Below are positions 38,001 to 47,406 of a stretch of 64,000 bases of DNA, piece by piece. The position numbers and the translations under genes were made by a program. How positions within the stretch are numbered: the stretch's first letter is position 1; the number at the start of each line of letters is the position of its first letter. The stretch comes from an uncultured virus (IMG/VR IMGVR_UViG_3300020191_000005) (taxonomy: Duplodnaviria; Heunggongvirae; Uroviricota; Caudoviricetes): positions 1 through 64,000 of the IMG/VR virus record IMGVR_UViG_3300020191_000005. One strand, 5' to 3'. Below the pieces are notes generated by a model. It saw nothing but the letters and a program-made list of their open reading frames with translations. It made no database searches and was not told the origin of the DNA.

Positions 38001-41000
38001 AATTATTAGTACAAGACATCCATGATTGGATTGATTATGAAGTTAACGGCGCAGGAACTAAGCCAACAGTTGTAGGACAAGTTGGTAGAAGAGTTGATGC
38101 GGCATACACAGATACTAGAGGCAAAATTTATGCTAACTTAGATTTCTTAGTTGATGAAGGATTTGAATATATTCAAGCAAACAACACAAAAGACTTCCAA
38201 GAAGCAATGGCTAGTGCAAGTATGCAATCAAAATGTAAAAGAGATTTAAAAGAATACATGAAAGCAGTCCTTTGGGATTTAGAAAACTTTGGCAATTATT
38301 ATTCAACCCTAGTAGCTAGATGGTTTAGTAATGCAGTTAACGGAAGTTTACTAGAAGACATGTTCTATTTAGAAAACGGCACAGGATTAAGAAACTGTAC
38401 TGTTAAAGGACTAACAGGTACATTAAGTGCACCAAACGCATACGGAACTAAACGTCCAACAGCAGGAGCATTTTGTTCACTTAACCCAAGTTGGGGACCA
38501 GATGATGAAGATGCGTGGATTAACACACGTTCACCATATGTACAAAACGTAACAACATTTGGTACAAGATGTGTTGGTATGAAAGTTGACGGAGATATTC
38601 ACAACGGTGGTAACGATTCAATTGTTGCTAACGACTTTACACAAGTACTTGATGAAGGTATTGGTGCATGGGTAACTAACTTAGGAAGAGCAGAACTTGT
38701 TTCCGTGTTCTCATATTATGGACACATTGGTTATCTTGCAGAAGCAGGTGGTAAAATACGTGCTACTAACGGTAACAGTTCATACGGTGACTTTGGTACT
38801 GTAGCAGAAGGTGTTGACTTAACTGAAACAGCTATTAAAGCAACAGTAGATAATAGAAGTTTTGATGCTGTAATTGGTGCAGTTGTAACAGACAACGCAG
38901 GAATTATACACCATGAATACATTCATGCAGGTAGAGATTATGTACCGGCAAACACAACACTTAGTTATTCTGGAGATGGATTTGGTATTACAGGATTAAC
39001 TCCAACAGTTGTAACTGGTGGTGTTATGCAAATTCGTTTAACAGGTGACGATGATACATTTGGTGGTGCAGATTATAAAACTGCAACAAATACTCCACAG
39101 ACAGGTGATACTACAAGTATTACAATTTCAAACACTGACGCTTCGTTGAGTGCGGCATACACAGGTATGGCAGTATTCCTTGTAGGCGGAACAGGTGCTG
39201 GACAGTATGGGTATATTGACACTTATAATGCAGGTACAAAGATTGCTAATATTAAAAAGTATTCAGATGACACAGCTGGTTGGGACGTTACTGTGCCAGG
39301 ACAAGCCGTTGAAGCTGAATTAGATAATACAACACAATATAGCATTGAACCAAGAGTTAACATTAGTGCTCCTGGCAATGATGGATCAACAGCAACGGCT
39401 CAAGCAGTTGCAAGAGCAAAAGTTGCAGATGGTAAAATTAGTGAAGTAAGAATTATCCATCCAGGTGCTTCTTATACAACACCTCCAACTGTAACATTTA
39501 CAGATCCAAACAATACATTAGATGCTCCATTAGAAGTATTTGTTGCTGATGGTGTACTTGCACAACCAACATTTGCTTCAAGAGGAACAGGTTGGACAGC
39601 GGCAACAGCAACAGTTTCAGATGCAGGGTTTAGTAAAGATATTACAGGAGTAACATTTACTGCTAATCCGTTTGCTTATACATTGCTTACTGACAACAAA
39701 GAATTTATTAAAGACGAAGTTATTGCTTGGATTGATAACCAAATTGCAAACGCAGGTAGTTCTACATTATGGAATGCATTTACATATGACAAATCATCAT
39801 GGGAATCAAATGTTGGCGAATATGTTGACGCATTAGCACATGACATTAAGTTTGGTGGAACTAAAGAATCAATTAAAGCGGCAAGAAGTTATTGGATTGG
39901 TGTTAACACTACACTACCAGGAAGACAAAGTCAAAAACTTGCGGCTTATGAGTTTATGAGAACGTTATTAAACAGTTATATTTTAATTAATACAACATAT
40001 ACAACTCTACAAAGTCCAGTAGTAACTACACAAACTACAAATGCTAATAATGCAGAAGCAGGTGCTATTACATTAGCTGGCGAGTTAATTGACATTATCA
40101 ACGAAGGATTAATTAACGGTCTTGACAGTTTACCAAAAGATGGCGGAACAGGTATTTTAAATATTACTGTTGCTACACACGGATTAGTAGACGGAGATAA
40201 AGTATTAATTAATGGTGTAGGTGGTACTACTCAACTTAATGGTAATAGTTATTATGTAAAAGTTATTGATGGCGACACATTACAACTTTACTTAGATGTT
40301 TATAGACTATTTCCAGCAGTACTTACACTTGGTAGTCCATACATTGTTAACGGTACTATTGCTTACGGAGCAGGATATAGAGATGCTAAACAAGATGGCA
40401 AGTATATCCAAGTCGAAGGAATGGAAAGTATTCCACAAGCTGGCGCAAACGTTGAGTTTGCTAGTTTACCAGGAACATTCTTTAAACTAGTTAGTGTTAC
40501 ACAGTTAACAGGTAGTTCACCTTACTCAGCATTGTTACAAATATCACCAAATATGGCATTAGATGATGCTCCAATACATGGTGATAACATAGAGATGAGA
40601 ATTAGATACTCACAATGTAGACTTACAGGTCACGATTATTTGGATATTGGTACTGGTGGATTTACTACTACTAACTATCCAGGCACACCAACTACACCAG
40701 CTGATCCAAATGATGAAGCTGTTGAAGGCGGTGGAGGAAGAGTGTTCTTCACAAGTACAGACCAAGACGGTAACTTTAGAGTTGGCGACTTGTTTAGTGT
40801 TGAACAAGCAACTGGTATTGCAACCCTAAATGCTGATGCATTTAGTATATCAGGACTACAAGAACTACAACTTGGAGCAGTAGCACTTGGCGGTGCTGGT
40901 GCAACAGTTAATGAGTTTAGTACAGACGGAACATTTACAGCAAATAGTGACAGTATTGTTCCTACACAAAAAGCTATTAAGACATATATTACTAGCCAAA

Positions 41001-41176
41001 TTGGTGGAGGAGCGTCAGAATTGAACGTAAATAGTGTAACAGCTGGAGTAATTAATATTCAAGGTAATACAATTACAACAACTACCGGAGTATTAATAAA
41101 TACAACAGCACAGATGCATTTCACAGGTGGCGTAAGCGGATCACCAGTTGCAATGCAACAATTTATATTGAGTTAA
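35054..41176 (+). CDS. Large fibre/spike protein, paralogue of 29688 gene, with inserted helical C-x-R-D domains
   Basis: Same N-terminal repeats, IVANDFTQV and STDQDGNFRVG motifs; extra helical and Ig-like inserts. Confidence 0.7.
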   Translation: MAEFKLGRIRFVWKGTWTTGALYYKDDIVRQGGRTYFCNVGHTASADFTTDESTKWNLFTDGVQWQGDWNSGYNYKQNDIVKYGGYIYICNTAHTSSADGSIEIGLAGILETDQAKWDLFAEGFNWKNVWTISTVYKVNDIVKYGGNLYLCNTAHTGASSQNSDTDGLEADIEKWDIFSKGMDWKTDWSVATRYKVSDTVKYGGKLYICNEGHQSAATASNGLESDQTKWDIVHNGIEYKSVHAINTRYKLNDVVKYGGGLWINTHEHTSSATSLTDDVSAAGHIVTVDTISAADPDRIAGTYNDITGTTSGTGTGHRVNATVDGTGAVTLVVVKGGAGHAPGDTITVGPGSIGGAGTGFTFNVATIETVTQWQTFVPGLEFEDSWSNATAYQIGDFVTYGGYSYIATANNTNVVPFGNAATWDLFTTGFSLKGDYNNATAYKVGDVVRVGGYTYISIQDTTGNRPPNVTYWDRLNEGMSWKDAWADATYYDLGDTVRGINNVNSYICVQAHTSDEVSVQNRPDQDVAGAYWNLLSGGVESGNLTTLGDLVYYGGAGPTRLPIGKAGQVLKVNEAENAPEWAYFGQLDQVYYVGTNGTDGFAPAYGVTIDKPFFSTRWAAEQVRRGPRNPEATYLIERNKQFIQEQTMEFITHSIANNTAPFTSGFTYDAVKCRRDIGIILDALLWDLRHGGNVRMREAALSYISPAGANYVSGQEDETNAAINYAMSLIPSIITNLAPAVNYATLNSVATPVLQITDSTKTAEPNIETTANALTILITDTITAGNTNSLAKKIKPNVSIFVKTGQYNEVLPIIVPADTAVVGDELRSTEISAATAGPTDTNDANLSKIAILRMKAILSDTILNNSVTKTPAGGHLTMDTFGAADASRATGTYTGVTGSSSGTGVVGTFDIAVDGTGAVTSVLVVTAGSGHAVNDTITIADSALGSGGGAAFTMDVATIATGNTRTQDTNVPAGTAAAVETAELLVQDIHDWIDYEVNGAGTKPTVVGQVGRRVDAAYTDTRGKIYANLDFLVDEGFEYIQANNTKDFQEAMASASMQSKCKRDLKEYMKAVLWDLENFGNYYSTLVARWFSNAVNGSLLEDMFYLENGTGLRNCTVKGLTGTLSAPNAYGTKRPTAGAFCSLNPSWGPDDEDAWINTRSPYVQNVTTFGTRCVGMKVDGDIHNGGNDSIVANDFTQVLDEGIGAWVTNLGRAELVSVFSYYGHIGYLAEAGGKIRATNGNSSYGDFGTVAEGVDLTETAIKATVDNRSFDAVIGAVVTDNAGIIHHEYIHAGRDYVPANTTLSYSGDGFGITGLTPTVVTGGVMQIRLTGDDDTFGGADYKTATNTPQTGDTTSITISNTDASLSAAYTGMAVFLVGGTGAGQYGYIDTYNAGTKIANIKKYSDDTAGWDVTVPGQAVEAELDNTTQYSIEPRVNISAPGNDGSTATAQAVARAKVADGKISEVRIIHPGASYTTPPTVTFTDPNNTLDAPLEVFVADGVLAQPTFASRGTGWTAATATVSDAGFSKDITGVTFTANPFAYTLLTDNKEFIKDEVIAWIDNQIANAGSSTLWNAFTYDKSSWESNVGEYVDALAHDIKFGGTKESIKAARSYWIGVNTTLPGRQSQKLAAYEFMRTLLNSYILINTTYTTLQSPVVTTQTTNANNAEAGAITLAGELIDIINEGLINGLDSLPKDGGTGILNITVATHGLVDGDKVLINGVGGTTQLNGNSYYVKVIDGDTLQLYLDVYRLFPAVLTLGSPYIVNGTIAYGAGYRDAKQDGKYIQVEGMESIPQAGANVEFASLPGTFFKLVSVTQLTGSSPYSALLQISPNMALDDAPIHGDNIEMRIRYSQCRLTGHDYLDIGTGGFTTTNYPGTPTTPADPNDEAVEGGGGRVFFTSTDQDGNFRVGDLFSVEQATGIATLNADAFSISGLQELQLGAVALGGAGATVNEFSTDGTFTANSDSIVPTQKAIKTYITSQIGGGASELNVNSVTAGVINIQGNTITTTTGVLINTTAQMHFTGGVSGSPVAMQQFILS

Positions 41177-41188
41177 AGGAGAAACAAT

Positions 41189-41509
41189 ATGGCCACAGGA
41201 AGATTAGGACACGCAGACTTAGCCGCTGGCACTAACACTTCTCTTTACACGGTACCTGCAAACACCTTCGGGATTGTAACGCTATCGATTTGTAATAGAG
41301 GAAATAGTGCAATTTCGGTAAGAGTTGCTGTCGCATCAGCTGGTACACCACTAGCAAGTGAATACATTGAATATGATGTTGAAATTTTAGCTAAAGGTGT
41401 GTTAGAAAGATCAGGTATTGCAATGGCGGCAGGGCAAATTCTGGTAGTTTATAGTAGTGCCGCAAATGTCAGTGCAGTAGCAATGGGTATTGAGACATCT
41501 ACAGCATAA
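41189..41509 (+). CDS. Small structural protein
   Basis: Paralogue of 25013/28961 genes. Confidence 0.6.
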   Translation: MATGRLGHADLAAGTNTSLYTVPANTFGIVTLSICNRGNSAISVRVAVASAGTPLASEYIEYDVEILAKGVLERSGIAMAAGQILVVYSSAANVSAVAMGIETSTA

Positions 41510-41542
41510 TGATAAATATAGTAATAAAAAGGAAACACTAAA

Positions 41543-41875
41543 ATGGGAAGATATATATCAACAACAGGAACTGCAAGTAGCGTCATTCGTGAAGTTAGTA
41601 GCACGTATCAAGCTGTAGTTAACGATCGTATTTTAGCTAATTCAAATGGTGGTGGATTCACAATTACTTTACCAGCTAACGCTAGTTTAATTGTAAACGA
41701 TACTATTTCAATCATTGATGTTACAGGTAGTTTTAATACTAACAATGTAACACTTGGTAGAAACGGTTCAAAAATCCAGAATTTATCAGAAGACTTAACT
41801 TTAGACATTAATAACGTAGCTATTACATTGATTTATTCCGGGTCCACATACGGCTGGATTATGTCAGGAACGTAA
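41543..41875 (+). CDS. Small fibre-associated protein
   Basis: FTITLPA...DTISIID..GSF.TNNVTL.RNGSKI...LIY...TYGW domain typical of T4-like fibre proteins. Confidence 0.6.
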   Translation: MGRYISTTGTASSVIREVSSTYQAVVNDRILANSNGGGFTITLPANASLIVNDTISIIDVTGSFNTNNVTLGRNGSKIQNLSEDLTLDINNVAITLIYSGSTYGWIMSGT

Positions 41876-41893
41876 GAAGAGAGGATACTAACT

Positions 41894-42634
41894 ATGGCAG
41901 ACCTGAGAACACTTTTAGGAGATACTACTTCGGGAACTTCGGCTCCTACAAAGTTCTTCTATGTGTACAACAATAATAGGGGTATTAATAATGGCGGTTG
42001 CTGTTGTCTTTGGACAGTACCAGCAGACATTGTTAACGTAACATTTGAGCTATGGGGTGCAGGAGCCGCAGGAGCAGGAGGATGTTGCTGTCAGTTTAGT
42101 TCACAGAACGCAGGCGGCGGATCATACGCAATTAGATCAGTAAACACAATAGCTGGTTGCCAATACACAATTTGTGCGGCTGGTAACGGAGCATGTTGTG
42201 AAAGAGATTGCTTAGGCATTGATGGTTCAACTAGTTTTGTATCAGGATCTGGTATTGCAACTACGTGTGCTAGAGGTGGATGTACAGGTAGAACAAACTG
42301 TCATGCACATTATGCATATAACTGTTGCTTTGGATGTTCACAAATTTCGGGCGGTACGCAGGGCGATTTAAGATTAGGTCATAGTAGAAATAATCCTATG
42401 GCTACACAATATTGTCACAATCAAATGTGGGACTACGTAAGTGGACCACCAAAAGGTGCAAATACTAGAAAAGGTCGAGATTATTGCGGTAATCCAATGA
42501 CTTGTTCAGGTTGCGGATGGGGTTGTGCTCAACCTTACCCAGGGGACGCTGGATATAATGGTACTGCATGTGGCGGACCATGCTGTTGGGGCCATTGGGG
42601 CTCAGGCGGAATGGTTAAAGTATCGTACAGTTAA
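41894..42634 (+). CDS. Cys/Gly-rich adhesin-like protein 1
   Basis: WTVP...FELWGAG glycine-rich domain; 25 Cys in 246 aa by my count. Confidence 0.6.
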   Translation: MADLRTLLGDTTSGTSAPTKFFYVYNNNRGINNGGCCCLWTVPADIVNVTFELWGAGAAGAGGCCCQFSSQNAGGGSYAIRSVNTIAGCQYTICAAGNGACCERDCLGIDGSTSFVSGSGIATTCARGGCTGRTNCHAHYAYNCCFGCSQISGGTQGDLRLGHSRNNPMATQYCHNQMWDYVSGPPKGANTRKGRDYCGNPMTCSGCGWGCAQPYPGDAGYNGTACGGPCCWGHWGSGGMVKVSYS

Positions 42635-42663
42635 TATGACTAAATACAAACGAAGGAAACAAA

Positions 42664-43356
42664 ATGGCTGAAATTACAAAAAACTTTACATATGATATCC
42701 CCAATGAATATTTGAGTCAATCAAACTCGGATGGGGACACAGCAACAGCAAGTTATACAGGTCCAGACAGACTATACGTATTTGTTGATGCTACTACAGG
42801 AAAAAACACACTGAGTCAAAACGCACCAGATGAAGATTTTATTTACAATCCAACAACTGATACTACACCAGAAGGTGAAAGATTAGTTACTTTAGATTGT
42901 GCTGGAGAAGACACATTAATGTGTTCTATCTTCCTACCACATACAGTAACACTATCACAATCAGAAGTAGTAACAGCATTACCAGAAGGTTATGGAAATT
43001 ACTCAACTCAATGGCCTCCAATGCCAGATCATGCTTACGAAAGAGATTTATGTGTACATGATGAAGATAGTAATAATTGGACACTAACTTGGAAACAACC
43101 TTGGCAAACTTGGGAAACACTAACTCAACTAAGAAATGATAGATTAGATGCAACAGATCACAGAGTTGCGGCAGATATGCCTGATAGTGTTAAGCAACCA
43201 TGGATTGATTTCAGAACAAAATTAAGAGAATTACCGGTTACGTTCAAACGTGGCGAGAGTGATGAATATCCAGCACATATGGTTAAGTTCCCAGAAGAAC
43301 CAACTGTAGGCGGATATGCTGAACCACCGTCAACTGATGGCGTAGGAATAGGTTAA
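42664..43356 (+). CDS. Tail fibre assembly chaperone-like protein
   Basis: LRNDRLDATD...DMP...W.DFR.KLRELP motif. Confidence 0.7.
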   Translation: MAEITKNFTYDIPNEYLSQSNSDGDTATASYTGPDRLYVFVDATTGKNTLSQNAPDEDFIYNPTTDTTPEGERLVTLDCAGEDTLMCSIFLPHTVTLSQSEVVTALPEGYGNYSTQWPPMPDHAYERDLCVHDEDSNNWTLTWKQPWQTWETLTQLRNDRLDATDHRVAADMPDSVKQPWIDFRTKLRELPVTFKRGESDEYPAHMVKFPEEPTVGGYAEPPSTDGVGIG

Positions 43357-43368
43357 GGAGAAATATAA

Positions 43369-44139
43369 ATGTCTGCATTAAGATCATTACTACAACTTGG
43401 AACTGCAACAGGTACTCCAGCATTAAGAACAATTTATGTTTATCATAGTTCTTTTGATAATACTAGAAATAGTAACCCAGGATGCTGTTGTAATTGGAAC
43501 CCAAGTGACGATGTAACATGGGCCGCTTTTGAAACGTGGGGTGCAGGCGGTGACGGCGGCGGTGGCTGTTGTTGTATGGCTGGCTTTCCTGGTGGAAGTG
43601 GATCATACGGTAGAAAAATTGTAGAAATTAATAATGCGGCATCATTTACATTATGTGCAGGAGCGGCAGGTTGCTGTAGACCAGTTATGGGCTGTCCTGG
43701 ATGTGGTAGTTATGCGTGTTCAAGCAACGGCTGTTGTTCAGGCGGTTACATGTGCTTATGCTCAAGTGGCGGCGGATATGGCTGTGCAACTTGCGGATTT
43801 GGTAGTGCATGGGGCGGACATTGCGGATGTCCAAATAGAATGTGCGGTTGTGTAAAAGGCGCAGACTTTAGTATGTGCGGATTTAACGGTGGTGGAGCAG
43901 GTACAGCAATGTGTGCTAGTTCATCATGGGAAAACATGACGTCAGCACCATACGGTGGACAACAAGCTAGAATGTCAAGAGATAACTGTTATAAAACACA
44001 CGGTAGAGATGCAGACGGACCAGCTGACTTCCCAGGCGGAGGCGGTGGTACGCTACATACTCACAATGGTACTTGTTACTGCGGTGGACCAGGCGCTGGC
44101 GGATTAGTAGTAGTTTATTATCAATCGGATATAGCGTAG
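43369..44139 (+). CDS. Cys/Gly-rich adhesin-like protein 2
   Basis: Paralogue of 41894; 27 Cys in 256 aa by my count. Confidence 0.6.
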   Translation: MSALRSLLQLGTATGTPALRTIYVYHSSFDNTRNSNPGCCCNWNPSDDVTWAAFETWGAGGDGGGGCCCMAGFPGGSGSYGRKIVEINNAASFTLCAGAAGCCRPVMGCPGCGSYACSSNGCCSGGYMCLCSSGGGYGCATCGFGSAWGGHCGCPNRMCGCVKGADFSMCGFNGGGAGTAMCASSSWENMTSAPYGGQQARMSRDNCYKTHGRDADGPADFPGGGGGTLHTHNGTCYCGGPGAGGLVVVYYQSDIA

Positions 44140-44151
44140 GGAGTATAGAAT

Positions 44152-44958
44152 ATGTCAAGTTTAAGAGATTATTTACCAGGTTACGATGTAGGAGTTATTG
44201 CTCCAAAGTCGTTTACTGTAAGTTATGCTTGGAACGCAGATCACAACGAAGCGTGGCCAGCAACAGCTTACGGAGTTCCACCAGAATCAAGATATTATTG
44301 TAACAACAATGGTGGTAAATGTTGTCGTTGGACAGTACCACAAGGTGCTACATTTGCTGTATGGGAAATGTGGGGCGGTGGTGGCTCAGGAACAGGCGGA
44401 TGTTGCTGTATGCAGGGATATCCATCGGATTCAGGAGGATATGCAATTAAATCAGCTAACGTAGCAGGTGGTGATCAATTCACAATTTGTGCAGGACGTT
44501 CGGGCTGTTGTTTATATGCAGGTAATAACTACGCAGGACATAATAGTTTTGTATTTGGAACACCAACAGGCGGCTCATGTTTTTGTGCTGTAGCTTGTGG
44601 CGGTTACTGTAGTAACTGTACACATTGTCATGGATTTTTTAACTGTTACGGATGTTGTATGAACTGTTATAACTGTCAAATTCAACCTAATAACGTTGAC
44701 TTTGGTATTGCAAGTATGACTGGATCTGCACAAAGATCACAGCATTGTGGCGATAGAGGACTACAATTTGTTCCTACTGCTCCAATGGCACAAGCAGGAC
44801 CAAAGATTGGACCAAATGGTTGTTGTGCAAGAGGCGGTGAGTGTCAAGGATTTGGTGCATGGCCAGGTGGCGCAGGCGAAGCAGGTCAAACAATGGGCGG
44901 CGGATGCTGTTGTGGTTCACCAGGTGCTGAAGGCGCAGTATATGTGGTATATTATTAA
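44152..44958 (+). CDS. Cys/Gly-rich adhesin-like protein 3
   Basis: Paralogue of 41894; 27 Cys in 268 aa by my count. Confidence 0.6.
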   Translation: MSSLRDYLPGYDVGVIAPKSFTVSYAWNADHNEAWPATAYGVPPESRYYCNNNGGKCCRWTVPQGATFAVWEMWGGGGSGTGGCCCMQGYPSDSGGYAIKSANVAGGDQFTICAGRSGCCLYAGNNYAGHNSFVFGTPTGGSCFCAVACGGYCSNCTHCHGFFNCYGCCMNCYNCQIQPNNVDFGIASMTGSAQRSQHCGDRGLQFVPTAPMAQAGPKIGPNGCCARGGECQGFGAWPGGAGEAGQTMGGGCCCGSPGAEGAVYVVYY

Positions 44959-44980
44959 AGGTAACAATTAGGAAAAGAAT

Positions 44981-46351
44981 ATGATAGATCCAAATGCACA
45001 AAATAGAGTTATTGAAATTGATGTAGATTTCTCTTATGATATGCCAGATGCATATCTTTATCAGACTACAACATTAGGTAAAGTAGGGCAGTGGACGTAT
45101 CAAGGTCCAAGAGAAATGTGGGTATTCCTACGTAAACGTGACAACAAGCGTACAGGCGAAGTTAAATTTAGCTACGAAGTTGAAGATGATTATGTGCCAA
45201 ACGTTGGTGAATACATGGTTAAAGTTAACTGTGAAGAAAATCCTTTGTTATGTGAATTAATGGAAACTGATCAAGACACACTATTTTTAGAAGGTAGAGC
45301 AAAAGTAAGTGAAACACTTCCAATTAATGATTGGGAAGGTAATCCATTTGTACACATTGAGCCTGAAGTTCCAACACCAGACCATACATACGATAGAGAT
45401 GAAATTACTTATGATCCGGTTGCACAACAATGGAATACACCATATCCGTTTATTAAACCGCACACAGATTGGGAAGCAATTAAAAGAGTACGTTGGGGTA
45501 AATTAGCGGCGGCTGATGGTCATGTATCAGAAGATATGCCAGCATCATTACTAACTGCTTGGCAAGATTACAGAACAACTTTAAGAAATTTACCAGCTAC
45601 ATACGGTGCGGCTTGGACAGTAACTATTGCAACAGCAGGAACAGGATACGCAGTAGGCGATAACTTTAATGTTGACGCAAGTGTATTTGGTTTTTCAAAT
45701 GCAGACGTGGGTACATTAGACGATTTATGTCAACCAATGGGAAAAAGACCAGGATTTGATTTTGAAGCGGCAACTAGTGGTCAAGACGATACTGCTATTG
45801 TTAACGAAAACGATTCATTAGATGTAAACATTATTGTTACATCAGTTGATTCAGATGGTGCAATTACAGGTGTTAGAACACGTAATGCATTTAACGCAAG
45901 ACATATTAAAGAAGCAAGAACACTTGACGCAGTAGCAACTACACCAACAACAGATGCTGGTTCAGGTGCTACATTTAATCTAAGTAAAGTAGCTAGAATT
46001 GATCCTTGGAAGGTAAGATTTCCACAAAGTCCAAACGCGGCTAGACCAGGTGTATATGGTGAAAGAGACCAATTCCCGGGTGCAATAGGACGTTACACAA
46101 GTGAAGAAGATCGTAACAACCCTGCAGATGGCTGGTTAATGGATCATACATATCATCCTGCAACTGGACACTTTATTCCACCTGAATCAGGCGGCAACTA
46201 TATGGCAAATGATCTGGCTAGATTAGGTCTAAGCACAGACGGTACACCATATGATGATGGCATTGCAGATGGGCTTCCAACACCTCCTACAGATTCAAGA
46301 GGCAATACACGTATTGCTGGAACTATTACAGCCAGAAAACAAACAAGCTAA
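44981..46351 (+). CDS. Tail fibre assembly chaperone-like protein with inserted beta module
   Basis: N-terminal half parallels 42664 gene (FSYDMPDAYL, DMP..L..AWQDYR..LRNLP). Confidence 0.6.
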   Translation: MIDPNAQNRVIEIDVDFSYDMPDAYLYQTTTLGKVGQWTYQGPREMWVFLRKRDNKRTGEVKFSYEVEDDYVPNVGEYMVKVNCEENPLLCELMETDQDTLFLEGRAKVSETLPINDWEGNPFVHIEPEVPTPDHTYDRDEITYDPVAQQWNTPYPFIKPHTDWEAIKRVRWGKLAAADGHVSEDMPASLLTAWQDYRTTLRNLPATYGAAWTVTIATAGTGYAVGDNFNVDASVFGFSNADVGTLDDLCQPMGKRPGFDFEAATSGQDDTAIVNENDSLDVNIIVTSVDSDGAITGVRTRNAFNARHIKEARTLDAVATTPTTDAGSGATFNLSKVARIDPWKVRFPQSPNAARPGVYGERDQFPGAIGRYTSEEDRNNPADGWLMDHTYHPATGHFIPPESGGNYMANDLARLGLSTDGTPYDDGIADGLPTPPTDSRGNTRIAGTITARKQTS

Positions 46352-46408
46352 ACTGATCTACATTAAATATCTATACAAGCAATTACACGAATTGTAGAAG
46401 GATATAAA

Positions 46409-47404
46409 ATGACAGATAAAAGAAATACGGCTATTTTTATCAATGGTGGTGCTGGCAGAGTTCTTGCTAGTATTCCAGCACTTGAAAAGTTTGCAGAAGA
46501 AAATCCAGAAGACAACTTTATCATTGTATGCGAAGGCGGTACTGACTTTTATAAAGGTCATCCAGTACTACATGCAAAGGCATATGATCACTGGCACAAG
46601 AATCTCTTCCAAGATAAACTTAAAGACATGAATTTATTAACACCTGAACCATACAGGGTGTTTGAGTACTATAATCAACAATGTAGTATTGCAGAAGCAT
46701 ACGATATTCAAATTAATAATAAAGGATTACGTAAACTACAAAGACCTATCTTAAAATTATCAAGAGAAGAAATGCTATTTGGTAAAAAGTTAGTTGATGA
46801 AGTTAGAGAAAAAACTAAAAAAGATAAAGTAGTTGTGTTCCAACCATTTGGAAGAGCAGTTCAACACGACAACGGTGTTATTACTGACTGGAGTGGCAGA
46901 AGTTTTGAAGCTGAAAACTCGGTCAACATTGTTAAGTCACTTTCAAAGAAATATGCTGTAGTACATATGGCAGAATTTGGTATTGATTTTTCAAAACACG
47001 GTTGTAAAGAACCTGTAGCAAGTCCAATGGGTGCAGACCTAAGACATTGGGCAGGCATTATTGCAAACGCAGATTACTTTTTAGGGTGTGATAGTGTAGG
47101 ACAGCATATTGCTCATGCACTAGATAAGAAGTGTACAGTAGTAATAGGATCAACTTTTCCAATTAATGTTTCATATCCAGAAGATAAAAACTTTGATATT
47201 TTAGATATGGGCGAAGGTGCTAGAGTATATTCACCTATTAGAGTTACAACAGACGAATATGCAGACAGAACCAACGACGGTATTATGGCAATGAACGAAA
47301 AAGTTGAAAGTGTCATTTGTGAATCAGTAACAGCAGGAATTAGAAATAAGAAAAAAGTTGGTGAAAAGTACCAAGCTACTGAAGAAACAACTGTAACTGC
47401 TTAA
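46409..47404 (+). CDS. Glycosyltransferase family 9-like (heptosyltransferase-like) protein
   Basis: INGGAGRVLASIPAL, VVFQPFG and FLGCDSVGQHIAHAL resemble GT9 motifs. Confidence 0.65.
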   Translation: MTDKRNTAIFINGGAGRVLASIPALEKFAEENPEDNFIIVCEGGTDFYKGHPVLHAKAYDHWHKNLFQDKLKDMNLLTPEPYRVFEYYNQQCSIAEAYDIQINNKGLRKLQRPILKLSREEMLFGKKLVDEVREKTKKDKVVVFQPFGRAVQHDNGVITDWSGRSFEAENSVNIVKSLSKKYAVVHMAEFGIDFSKHGCKEPVASPMGADLRHWAGIIANADYFLGCDSVGQHIAHALDKKCTVVIGSTFPINVSYPEDKNFDILDMGEGARVYSPIRVTTDEYADRTNDGIMAMNEKVESVICESVTAGIRNKKKVGEKYQATEETTVTA

Positions 47405-47406
47405 TA

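Noticed and set aside
44600..44635. CxxCH (CTHCH) as a c-type heme site
   Set aside because: No signal peptide, absent from the two paralogues, expected by chance at 10% Cys
41894..44958. Cys-rich ORFs as RiPP precursors or diversity-generating retroelement targets
   Set aside because: About 250-aa Gly-rich domains with fibre chaperones; no reverse transcriptase, template/variable repeat pair or RiPP maturase in the window
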